A DNA stretch of 32,000 bases from Promethearchaeota archaeon (lineage in GTDB: Archaea > Asgardarchaeota > Lokiarchaeia > Sigyniarchaeales > SOKP01): the NCBI GenBank assembly GCA_030606485.1, contig JAUWGH010000004.1, positions 180,001 to 212,000 of the forward strand. Direction: 5' to 3'. Position numbers and translations under genes: made by a program. Shown here in pieces: positions 1 to 7,714 of this stretch (position 1 is the stretch's first letter; each line of letters begins with the position of its first letter). The notes beneath the pieces were generated by a model. That model searched no databases. It saw nothing but the letters and a program-made list of their open reading frames with translations, and was not told the DNA's origin.

Positions 1-27
1 TTTCATATGAATCTATTTTTATGTTTA

Positions 28-975
28 TTATAACGTCCCTAAAATCGTAGGTTTTAGTAAAAAGAATATGATTGCAGTGATTATTCCTATAGAAACAGAG
101 GATAAATATACTCGGAAAGTAGATGAATTGGCGAGTTCTCTTATTGCAATTGTCATATTCATTGGGATCCAAACAATTAGCACAATAGCATCAATAATAT
201 CTAACGCCATCCAGGTTGGAGACTGAAAAATTGTATCAAACATAGTGCTGTAAAAAGAAAAGTTAAAGGGGAGGGATATTTGTTGAGTAGGTAATGCAAT
301 TAGGATAATTAATACTTTTATTAATCCTGTAATTATAAGAGGTGTAAAAGCACAGAATAACATATTGTATTTATTAGCTTCTTGTTTTTGCAGTAGAGTC
401 CCTGATTTATATATACTAAATACAGATGCTTCTTCTGCCAATTTAGCCCTTTCTTTTTCATCTCTATCTTTTTTTTTCCCAAAACGGTCTTCTAATCTTT
501 CAGTAAAACCTATAGAGTAATTTGCTCCTTTTATAAAAAAGTAGGACAAAACTACAAGAAGTAGAATGTAATAAACAAAGCCAAAGGCAAAAAATGCTAA
601 ATAAACAGTTAAAAAATAACCAAATAAGATGGTTACATCATAAGGATTAACAGGAGTTCCATTAATATCAATAATTTGAAAATGAGAAAATAAAGCTAAC
701 CCAAAAAGTCCATAAATTAATGAATTAAAAAGTATGATAAAAAAACCAGGGGCGGAATCTCGTTTATGATTAATATCCCAGAATGCTTTCGCAGGATTGG
801 TGATTAAGAGATATAATCTAGCTAAAAAACTCTCTGGATTGCTCCATTCTGCCTCATATCTCTTAAAAAATAAAAATTTTTCAATACGTTCTATACGCAA
901 TCTCTTACCACAGAAAGTACAGACATAAGAATCCCTTGGTGGAGCATTTCCACATCTCGGGCAGCGCATTGACAC
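28..975 (-). CDS. Zinc-ribbon + Yip1-like multipass membrane protein
   Basis: N-terminal CPRC...CTFC zinc ribbon, then LYLLITNPAKAFWDI, typical of the start of Yip1 domains, then about 5 hydrophobic segments. Start is GTG 975 or ATG 969. Confidence 0.65.
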   Translation of the reverse strand: MSMRCPRCGNAPPRDSYVCTFCGKRLRIERIEKFLFFKRYEAEWSNPESFLARLYLLITNPAKAFWDINHKRDSAPGFFIILFNSLIYGLFGLALFSHFQIIDINGTPVNPYDVTILFGYFLTVYLAFFAFGFVYYILLLVVLSYFFIKGANYSIGFTERLEDRFGKKKDRDEKERAKLAEEASVFSIYKSGTLLQKQEANKYNMLFCAFTPLIITGLIKVLIILIALPTQQISLPFNFSFYSTMFDTIFQSPTWMALDIIDAIVLIVWIPMNMTIAIRELANSSTFRVYLSSVSIGIITAIIFFLLKPTILGTL

Positions 976-1184
976 AGATATTCTACTTTTTTTTTAATTT
1001 TTTGTTATATTATAGATATTGTGTTCTATATTTTTATTTTTATTTCATTATTTTTTACCCAGATAATTTTAACTACAAAATAAATTTTTATTGTGAATAA
1101 CCAATAAATGTGAAGATCTTGTGATATTTCAAGAAAAAAATAAAAAAAAAAGAATAGTAACTTAAATAAAAATTAAGTGTTCTT

Positions 1185-1418
1185 TTACCTAGTAGCGTTT
1201 CGAATATCTAAAGCAGTAATACGCTTCCTTTTATCGGCTTTAGTTAATTTTATAGATTCTTTGGTAATATCAGCTGCCGCTTTTTCTAAATATCCAATTA
1301 ATTTATTAAGAGCTTCTGCTGCTACTAATTTAGCACCTTGTGATTTCATTAAGCGTCTAATAGGTGCTTTCGCGATATATACTGCACCTTTTTTCTTTGC
1401 AGGTTCTTTTTTTGCCAT
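1185..1418 (-). CDS. Archaeal histone (HMf-like fold) with short Lys-rich N-terminal tail
   Basis: APIRRLMKSQGA...ESIKLTKADKRKRITALDI aligns without gaps to HMfB, with R10, G16, R52 and D59 kept. GGAGG at 1427-1431 lies 8 nt before ATG 1418, so the real start is 1418, not 1433. Confidence 0.93.
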   Translation of the reverse strand: MAKKEPAKKKGAVYIAKAPIRRLMKSQGAKLVAAEALNKLIGYLEKAAADITKESIKLTKADKRKRITALDIRNATR

Positions 1419-1426
1419 AATATTTT

Positions 1427-1431
1427 CCTCC
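1427..1431 (-). promoter_or_regulatory. Shine-Dalgarno site of histone gene
   Basis: GGAGG 8 nt upstream of ATG. Confidence 0.7.
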
Positions 1432-1688
1432 AATTTTTTTTTATCAAAATACTATTTTTTAAAAAAATTTTTTTCTAAATAAACCTATACCTTTCTAATA
1501 TATAAATTTCACGATTCAAATAGCAATAATCTTTAATTCTATTATATTTTTTTGATTGGTTGCAAATAATTTTAATGTATAAATTCCGACAAAATAAAAA
1601 ATCAAATTTAAAAAAAAAGCATTAAATATAAAAATTGGTTTAAAATTCACATAAAGAAGAATTAATTTTCTTTATTTCATATTTGTTT

Positions 1689-2741
1689 TTATTTCAGTTT
1701 TACTAGAATTCCATTACTCTCTTTTAAAATTTTATATTCCTTCAAATTAAATTTTTTAAGTAATTCTAAATTTGTCTTCAAATGACTTGTTATTTCAGAA
1801 ACTCTTATTCGAGATTCTCCATTAGCTATTGACATAATTGGGATTAATTGATCAGCTAGATAATTATCCACAGGTATATTATTTTTAATATGGGAAATAA
1901 TTGCATTTGCAGCATGTTTTCCTACCTTTTCGGACGAAATACCTCTTTCTCCCAAGATTGTTCCTGAACTAATACAAGCATTTGTATCTGACTCAGACCA
2001 TAAACAAACACCTACTCCAGTACTATATGTTTTTACATATTTTGTAAAAATAGAGGATTCTAAATTTAATTTTTGTTTTAATTCAGTCTCTATGGTTTTT
2101 TTAATACGTTCTGCAACCTGTGGTTTTTTTAAGGGTTCTGCGCATATGATTTGACCTTTTATTTGGTTGATTTTTCCTAAATCAACGATTTCTATTGGTT
2201 TTATTGGTTGTATAGAACCAAATATTGTGAAGTGCAAGTGTGCACCTCCTTTGGGATAAAATCCATGGCGGTGTATTTTCAAATTGATTTTATATCCTAC
2301 CTGTTCATAAATTTTAAAAAGAACATTTGTTAAAAAAGAAGTTCCTGGTGCCCATTTTCCAAAGGTTCCGCCACCTTTTATTTCAATATCAATTTTTTTT
2401 CCGGAACCTAATCTCATACATGCAATTTGAACTGGTTGGAGCAATAAAGCAACATTACCCGCTGTTTCAACCTTTATAATTAAATTTTCCTTAAACTCAT
2501 CCCCAGGAGAAAATTCAATTTCTGTGGTCCCTACTGAAGATTTAGATAAATACCCGTCAGTAAGTTTTTCCAATATTTGTAATCCGCGTAAATGTTGTAA
2601 TCGTAATCCTGGTTTTGGTCTGTTTGCTCTAATTTTTTTAACTATTATTGGGATTTGTTTTAATACAGAAAAGCCTGATGATAACCGTAATATCGATCCA
2701 CCGCCCTCAAGAAGTGATCCATCAATAGCTAACGGTTCCAT
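1689..2741 (-). CDS. rtcA: RNA 3'-terminal phosphate cyclase
   Basis: IDGS-x2-EGGGSILR, IRANRPKPGLRLQHL, GFYPKGG and YLADQLIP motifs. The catalytic His is present in ITSHLKTN, which argues against Rcl1. Confidence 0.93.
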   Translation of the reverse strand: MEPLAIDGSLLEGGGSILRLSSGFSVLKQIPIIVKKIRANRPKPGLRLQHLRGLQILEKLTDGYLSKSSVGTTEIEFSPGDEFKENLIIKVETAGNVALLLQPVQIACMRLGSGKKIDIEIKGGGTFGKWAPGTSFLTNVLFKIYEQVGYKINLKIHRHGFYPKGGAHLHFTIFGSIQPIKPIEIVDLGKINQIKGQIICAEPLKKPQVAERIKKTIETELKQKLNLESSIFTKYVKTYSTGVGVCLWSESDTNACISSGTILGERGISSEKVGKHAANAIISHIKNNIPVDNYLADQLIPIMSIANGESRIRVSEITSHLKTNLELLKKFNLKEYKILKESNGILVKLK

Positions 2742-2745
2742 AGAG

Positions 2746-3870
2746 TTAATTCCTATTCAATTTTTTAATTCTTTCAATTCCATCAAATTTTATAATTAAA
2801 TTAGCAACAGGCTTAGGAACTAATTCAATCCATTTATTATCATTTTTTAAAATTAGTTCTCTAATATAAGCTCCATTAAATTCATCTTTATGATAGTATT
2901 TTGGTTTTATAATATCGCACTTTTTTCCTAAAAAGAGATTTCGCATCCACTCATTTGGAGTATATATGATGTCAAAATCACCGACAATCTTGAAGATATT
3001 ATCAACCCATTTTTTTGCATCATACATATCTGGTATTTCATAGATAATAATTTTTTTTAAATCTATGCCGTTTTTTTTTAAAGATTCAGTAATAAAACTT
3101 TTTCGTTCTTTAAAACTAAAGGGATTCATTTTTGTATTGTATTCTTGAGAACTCCCTATTCCGATTTTCAGTTGTGTATTTTCTTCTACTATTGTTTTAA
3201 TAATATGTAAATGTCCGTAATGAAAGGGTTGGAATCTCCCAATAAATAATGCACATCGATTTTTTTTATCTAATTCAGGTTTTTCTTTAAAAAGGTTGAT
3301 TATATCCATATTTATAAAAATGTTCCATAATTTTTTGGGTATTGGGATAAAATTTTTTGCTTTTAATAATCGATTCAGCTCATCTTTAGAGTAAAATCGA
3401 CTAAATTCAATATCAACTTCATTAGGGTTTAGATGGATATTAGAATCAACTAAAGCAATAAAGATATAACTAATCTCAAATAATTCTTCAAGTTTTTGTT
3501 CTAATGCATAAAATTCGATTTTTTGCGGATATACTCCCATCTCTTCAAATAGTTCCCTCTCAGACTCTTGAATAATATCTTTAAAACTTAATTTTTTCTT
3601 GTAATTAATATGTCCAGAAGCTGAATCCGTATAAAAATTTGGATAAACTTTTTTATTTTTACTTCTTTTTTGGATTAAATATTTAACCGTTCCATTCTTA
3701 TCTACAAAGAAAGCAAAGATACGCACTATAAGATGGTATAGATTCTTTTCATGAACAATTTTTCTTTTTTCCGGAAAAATATAAGGAGATATTTTACCTG
3801 TATGTAGATATTTTATATCTTCTTTTTTAATGCATGCTAAAAGCTCATCTGGATCATCAAATTCTGTCAT
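2746..3870 (-). CDS. Fusion of an IDI-1-like Nudix domain (N-term) and nicotinamide-nucleotide adenylyltransferase (C-term)
   Basis: N-half: HLIVRIF...LIQKRSKNKKVYPNFYTDSASGH...SERELFEEMG. C-half: LFIGRFQPFHYGH, IGIGSSQ, NPFSFKER and NGAYIRELI of archaeal NMNAT (NadM). Confidence 0.85.
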   Translation of the reverse strand: MTEFDDPDELLACIKKEDIKYLHTGKISPYIFPEKRKIVHEKNLYHLIVRIFAFFVDKNGTVKYLIQKRSKNKKVYPNFYTDSASGHINYKKKLSFKDIIQESERELFEEMGVYPQKIEFYALEQKLEELFEISYIFIALVDSNIHLNPNEVDIEFSRFYSKDELNRLLKAKNFIPIPKKLWNIFINMDIINLFKEKPELDKKNRCALFIGRFQPFHYGHLHIIKTIVEENTQLKIGIGSSQEYNTKMNPFSFKERKSFITESLKKNGIDLKKIIIYEIPDMYDAKKWVDNIFKIVGDFDIIYTPNEWMRNLFLGKKCDIIKPKYYHKDEFNGAYIRELILKNDNKWIELVPKPVANLIIKFDGIERIKKLNRN

Positions 3871-3888
3871 GAGATCTAATCCATCTAA

Positions 3889-4761
3889 TTAAACTAAGTT
3901 AAATTGATCTTTTTTAATATAAAATATTTCTCCAACAGAGATATTAAATGTTTGTGCAAAACTTTTCATATTTAGACTTAATTCTAAAAAATTAAAAGAA
4001 TCTCTCTTTAAAAGAGGATTCCTCGACACTTTTAAATAAGATGAGAGTTCTTCATAATAAGACAAAAAAATACATTCCAAATCTTTTCCTTTTAAATTCA
4101 TCTTATAAGAATCTTTATGAAGAAATTGAATTCCTAAATTTTTAGATTTATTTTCATTATCTAATTCAATATTTGTAATACAATTTCCAAAAGAATCAAT
4201 GTATTGAATTATTCCTTTAATTTTATTCTCTTCTTCAATTATTTTTGGAATTAAATTATTTAGTTGTTTTACATTATCGATTTCAAGAGGATTACCAAAA
4301 TCTTCAATAGAGATCCCCTTGGATAAATAAGCACTGACCGGAGCCATAATATCACGTCCATGAAAGGTGTCTGAAACTGGTTCTAAAAAATAATCTTGGT
4401 TAGAAATCTCAATTATTTTCGAAATATCCTCACTATCAATAATATACGTAAATAAACCATTGTCAGGACCAACAAAATAAAAACCTGAAGAAGTTTCAAG
4501 TATGATAATTTTTCTTGCACTTCCAACACCTGGATCAATAACTGCTACAAATATAGTGCCTTTTGGAAAATATTTATATGTCGAATTTAGAATGTAAGCA
4601 CCTTCAAGAATAGAAAACGGAGTTATGTTATGAGAAATATCAATTATTTTTACTATGGGATTAATTTTTAAAATTACTCCTTTCATGCACGCAACATAAT
4701 GCTGACCATTGGAGCCAAAATCAGTGATTAATGCAACGTGTTTATTAATTTTATTAGTCAT
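3889..4761 (-). CDS. SAM hydroxide adenosyltransferase / SAM-dependent halogenase family (DUF62)
   Basis: LITDFG, VIDPGVGSAR, GPDNG, TFHGRDIMAP and YIDSFGNCITN motifs. Likely start is ATG 4761, overlapping the upstream stop codon. Confidence 0.9.
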   Translation of the reverse strand: MTNKINKHVALITDFGSNGQHYVACMKGVILKINPIVKIIDISHNITPFSILEGAYILNSTYKYFPKGTIFVAVIDPGVGSARKIIILETSSGFYFVGPDNGLFTYIIDSEDISKIIEISNQDYFLEPVSDTFHGRDIMAPVSAYLSKGISIEDFGNPLEIDNVKQLNNLIPKIIEEENKIKGIIQYIDSFGNCITNIELDNENKSKNLGIQFLHKDSYKMNLKGKDLECIFLSYYEELSSYLKVSRNPLLKRDSFNFLELSLNMKSFAQTFNISVGEIFYIKKDQFNLV

Positions 4762-5653
4762 TATGTTTATATTTTTTATCAATTTTATGAAATTCGCTTA
4801 AAGCCCGGCTTTTCAATGAATATTCTTCAGATTTTTCGAAATCCATAAGTTTTTCGGATAGATCAGCAGCTTTTCTATATAATGAATAAGCTGTATGGAA
4901 ATCATCGTTTTTAAGGGAATTTCTTGCCTTTAAAGCAACTTCCTCACGTTCTTTTATAATATTTGGGAGTTGTCTTGTATTAATTGCTTTTTCTTCTAAA
5001 GTTTTAGCCAATTTATCTTCATATATTTCAAGAGCCATCTTGGATGCTGTATCATATTTTTTTGCAGCCTTCTCATATTCATGATTTTTTATTGCTTCTT
5101 CTGCACTTTTAGTAATTTTATGCATTTCAATGTGAATTCCATCCTCGATTTTTCCCAAAAGTGCCTGAGCAAGCTTTCTATCTTCGATGTTACCACTTAA
5201 TAATGTCTTGGTTCTTTCTATTATTAATTTTTTTAGATTATCTGAATCAACAATATCTTTTAATTTTTCAATATAATTAATATAAATATGTTCTATTTTT
5301 TCTTCGATATTGAGAGATTTAATATTTGAATAATCTAATTCTTCTAATAATTTTGCTGAAGTTTGTAGGGAAGAAATATATGATTTTGCATCCTCATCTA
5401 TATTTAAAAACAGCCCAACAATTATTCCTTGAAGATACTTTTGAAATTTTGGGTGAAATTTGTATAAAAAAGAGAGAATTATTTGATTTTCAAGAGTAAT
5501 TTTATTTATTTCTTTTGAGTTATGATCAATTCTTATTCTTAATAATAAATCATCAGAAATTGGTGTTTGACGCTTTTGATCTTTAAAAAAGTAACCCAAA
5601 ATCTCAAATTCTGAATTTTTCTTCATAGCAATCAAAAAATAACCTTTAGGCAT
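4754..5653 (-). CDS. Hypothetical protein: longin-like N-terminal domain plus C-terminal helical (MIT/TPR-like) repeats
   Basis: The first 125 aa show a b-b-a-b-b-b-a-a pattern. Two C-terminal repeats: AEEAIKNHEYEKAAKKYDTASKMA and ARNSLKNDDFHTAYSLYRKAADLS. Start ATG 5653 preferred over TTG 5671. Confidence 0.5.
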   Translation of the reverse strand: MPKGYFLIAMKKNSEFEILGYFFKDQKRQTPISDDLLLRIRIDHNSKEINKITLENQIILSFLYKFHPKFQKYLQGIIVGLFLNIDEDAKSYISSLQTSAKLLEELDYSNIKSLNIEEKIEHIYINYIEKLKDIVDSDNLKKLIIERTKTLLSGNIEDRKLAQALLGKIEDGIHIEMHKITKSAEEAIKNHEYEKAAKKYDTASKMALEIYEDKLAKTLEEKAINTRQLPNIIKEREEVALKARNSLKNDDFHTAYSLYRKAADLSEKLMDFEKSEEYSLKSRALSEFHKIDKKYKHND

Positions 5654-5708
5654 TATTGGAAACCGCTTCAAAAGTATTATTAATTACAATGTTAACATAA
5701 AAGGTTTT

Positions 5709-6137
5709 TTATTTATTGGCTTGTAAAGCTCTCCCCATTAATTCACGGATACTTTGAACCACGGAAAGTAATTGAGTATAATATAAAGTATCAGAAACAG
5801 AAGATGAGACCTGCTTTATGATATTAATATTTTTTTGATGTTGTTCAGTAATATGTTCCACGCTTTTTTTTTCCCAGAGTTTTTTTACTTTAGCATTAGT
5901 TTCCTTAGATAATACACCTAATTGTTCATTGGATTTAACCCGAAATTGCCTTAAAACTTCAATTATTAACCGAATATTTTCAGTTAGGCTAACTATTTCT
6001 TTCGAGAAAGTTAAAGTCAGTTTATCAATATCTTCACTCATTTTTCCAACCTTATTTATTGTAACATCCAAACTATTAGTTATTTGATTTATTTTATTTA
6101 ATATCTCATCTATTAAATTTTCAGTCAATTTCTCCAC
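5709..6137 (-). CDS. Small all-helical coiled-coil protein
   Basis: 142-aa ORF with heptad pattern, no TM segment, GTG start; tightly packed in a same-strand gene run. Confidence 0.75.
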   Translation of the reverse strand: MEKLTENLIDEILNKINQITNSLDVTINKVGKMSEDIDKLTLTFSKEIVSLTENIRLIIEVLRQFRVKSNEQLGVLSKETNAKVKKLWEKKSVEHITEQHQKNINIIKQVSSSVSDTLYYTQLLSVVQSIRELMGRALQANK

Positions 6138-6158
6138 CCTTCTTATTTTTAATTAAAT

Positions 6159-6560
6159 TTATGATGGTAATACCTGCTCTTTAAATTTATTAATTGAATC
6201 TAACGCTTCTTTAATTAAGAGGTCAACATTTTCTTGTTTTAATGTTTGTTCCGCGATACTAGAAAATGAATCTAAGTTTTGGATTAATTGCTCAATTGAA
6301 TCAATGGCTAAATTTTTTTGAAGTTTTTCTAATTCAATCGTTACATTTTTACCAATACTTTCTAAAGTGGAAATATGAGCAGTACCTCCATCTTCTATCT
6401 GAAATTTAAGATCACCAAATTGTTTAGAAAGATTGGATATTTTTTCTTCAATATTTTTATTTAAGCCATCTAATGATTCCTTTAAACCTTGAATTGCATT
6501 GCCTAACTGAGCGATTCTTTTATAAATATTTTGTAATAAATCGGTAAGCATTTCCGCCAT
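6159..6560 (-). CDS. Small all-helical coiled-coil protein, probable paralogue of 5709-6137
   Basis: 133-aa ORF with heptad pattern; the N-terminus resembles that of the neighbouring gene. Confidence 0.75.
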   Translation of the reverse strand: MAEMLTDLLQNIYKRIAQLGNAIQGLKESLDGLNKNIEEKISNLSKQFGDLKFQIEDGGTAHISTLESIGKNVTIELEKLQKNLAIDSIEQLIQNLDSFSSIAEQTLKQENVDLLIKEALDSINKFKEQVLPS

Positions 6561-6770
6561 AAATCATCATCACATTATATTAAATATTGAACTTTTTTTG
6601 TATAACCATCTAAGAGTTTTTAAGCTTATTATTTTTTTGTTAAAATTAAAAAGATTGTTATTAAATTTATTTTTATTGATTTTCCTAATTCATTGATAAA
6701 TTCAATAAATCATTGTCTTATGTTAATAAAATTTTTATTAATTTAACAATTAAATTGATAATAGAACAAT

Positions 6771-6786
6771 AAGAAAAGAATTATTA
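6771..6786 (+). promoter_or_regulatory. Possible BRE/TATA promoter of tRNA-Ile
   Basis: Purine run AAGAAAAGAA followed by TTATTA at -27 to -22 relative to G1 (6808). The AT-rich background weakens the signal. Confidence 0.35.
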
Positions 6787-6847
6787 CAAAAAATTTATTT
6801 AAAAAACGCTCCCATGGCTAAGCTTGGTTTAAAGCGCTGGTCTTATA

Positions 6848-6900
6848 AGACATATAGACATACAAAAAAAATAAGAATTCTGTCTATAAGCATTTAGGAG
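6848..6900 (+). other. 53-nt tRNA intron at canonical 37/38
   Basis: BHB central helix C6842-G6898, T6843.G6897, T6844-A6896, A6845-T6895. Bulges TA|A and AG|A. Internal 8-bp stem TATAGACA/TGTCTATA. Confidence 0.85.
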
Positions 6901-6922
6901 AACCAGAGAACGGGGGATCGAA

Positions 6923-6952
6923 AGAAAGAGCCATTTGGACTCATTCTGATAT
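6923..6952 (+). other. 30-nt tRNA intron at non-canonical 59/60 (T-loop)
   Basis: BHB central helix A6917-T6950, T6918-A6949, C6919-G6948, G6920.T6947. Bulges AA|A and AT|G. Flanked by G6916-C6954 and the GAA/TTC, GAG/CTC intron stem. Confidence 0.82.
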
Positions 6953-6998
6953 GCCCCCTGGGAGCACTAATTCTTTAATTCCGATAAAAAAGAAGATA

Positions 6999-7544
6999 TT
7001 ATTTTTTTTTGATAACGCGAGTTAGTGAAGCAGATATTGCCCAACCAATAGTAAAGAAAAGTAAAATCCATTTCATAAGTGCAACCCAAGAGTGAGATAC
7101 TGCCCAAATATCTGGAAAACCTAGTGGATCTGTAAGCATTGCTAATATAAATCCATTTTCAATAGCATCCAAACTCGCTGCAATAATTCCTAAAATAGCA
7201 ATTAAGAAACCTGACTTCCTCCATCTTGTGCTTTCGTTAAATTTTCTAGCAATAATTAAAGCAAGAGAGAAGATTAAAATCCCATAACTAACCATAAACC
7301 CGTAATCGAGTATTTCTGCGATTCTATAGTTATTTATATCCACTGTATTCATTGTATTAAAGTGGGACTTAATAATTTCACCACTAAATGATAGTTGACT
7401 TTCTATATAATTTACTGGATAATTTGATATAATGGAAAAATAAGTCATAATGGGATAAACAATAAACAGAAGAATTATACTAAAAATTAATAATACTCGA
7501 TTTTTTTTAGTAGATGGCCAATCAGATAATTTCTCTAAAAACAT
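6999..7544 (-). CDS. Uncharacterised 4-TM integral membrane protein
   Basis: Four hydrophobic segments, with intramembrane-type motifs LDYGFMVSYG and LDAIENG. Confidence 0.7.
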   Translation of the reverse strand: MFLEKLSDWPSTKKNRVLLIFSIILLFIVYPIMTYFSIISNYPVNYIESQLSFSGEIIKSHFNTMNTVDINNYRIAEILDYGFMVSYGILIFSLALIIARKFNESTRWRKSGFLIAILGIIAASLDAIENGFILAMLTDPLGFPDIWAVSHSWVALMKWILLFFTIGWAISASLTRVIKKK

Positions 7545-7714
7545 TTTTCACAAATGATCTTAATTTTCTAAGTTTATTTTGATTAGAATAATTAATTAAA
7601 AAATTTATTTAATTCTTTTGAGTTTTTTAAATATTCTTAACTTATATCCCTAAACTTCGGATTTTTGACTTAAAAGAGACCTAAACAAAAAAGGAATGTA
7701 AAAATATGAAAAAT

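Larger units (their letters stand above)
6808..6966 (+). tRNA. tRNA-Ile(UAU) with two introns (6848-6900 at 37/38; 6923-6952 at 59/60); CCA not encoded
   Basis: Acceptor GCTCCCA/TGGGAGC (7 WC pairs) plus A73. T8-G9; D-stem GCT/AGC; D-loop with G18-G19; G15-C48. Anticodon stem CTGGT/ACCAG (5 WC), loop C-T-TAT-A|A. Variable region AGAAC. T-stem GGGGG/CCCCC. Both inserts are bounded by bulge-helix-bulge motifs. Spliced length is 76 nt to the discriminator. Confidence 0.88.

Noticed and set aside
1689-2741. RtcA as part of a dedicated splicing module for the nearby intron-containing tRNAs
   Set aside because: EndA already leaves 2',3'-cyclic phosphates, and no endA or rtcB is in the window; proximity alone is not evidence.
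2746-3870. N-terminal domain as a true type 1 IPP isomerase
   Set aside because: The catalytic Cys position is Ser; called IDI-like Nudix only.
5709-6560. Calling the two coiled-coil proteins SNAREs
   Set aside because: No C-terminal TM anchor and no identifiable zero layer; kept only as generic coiled coils.
6806-6967. Initial readings as SECIS, hammerhead, riboswitch, RNase P or SRP RNA
   Set aside because: Required core motifs or spacing are missing in each case, while a two-intron tRNA cloverleaf accounts for every nucleotide.
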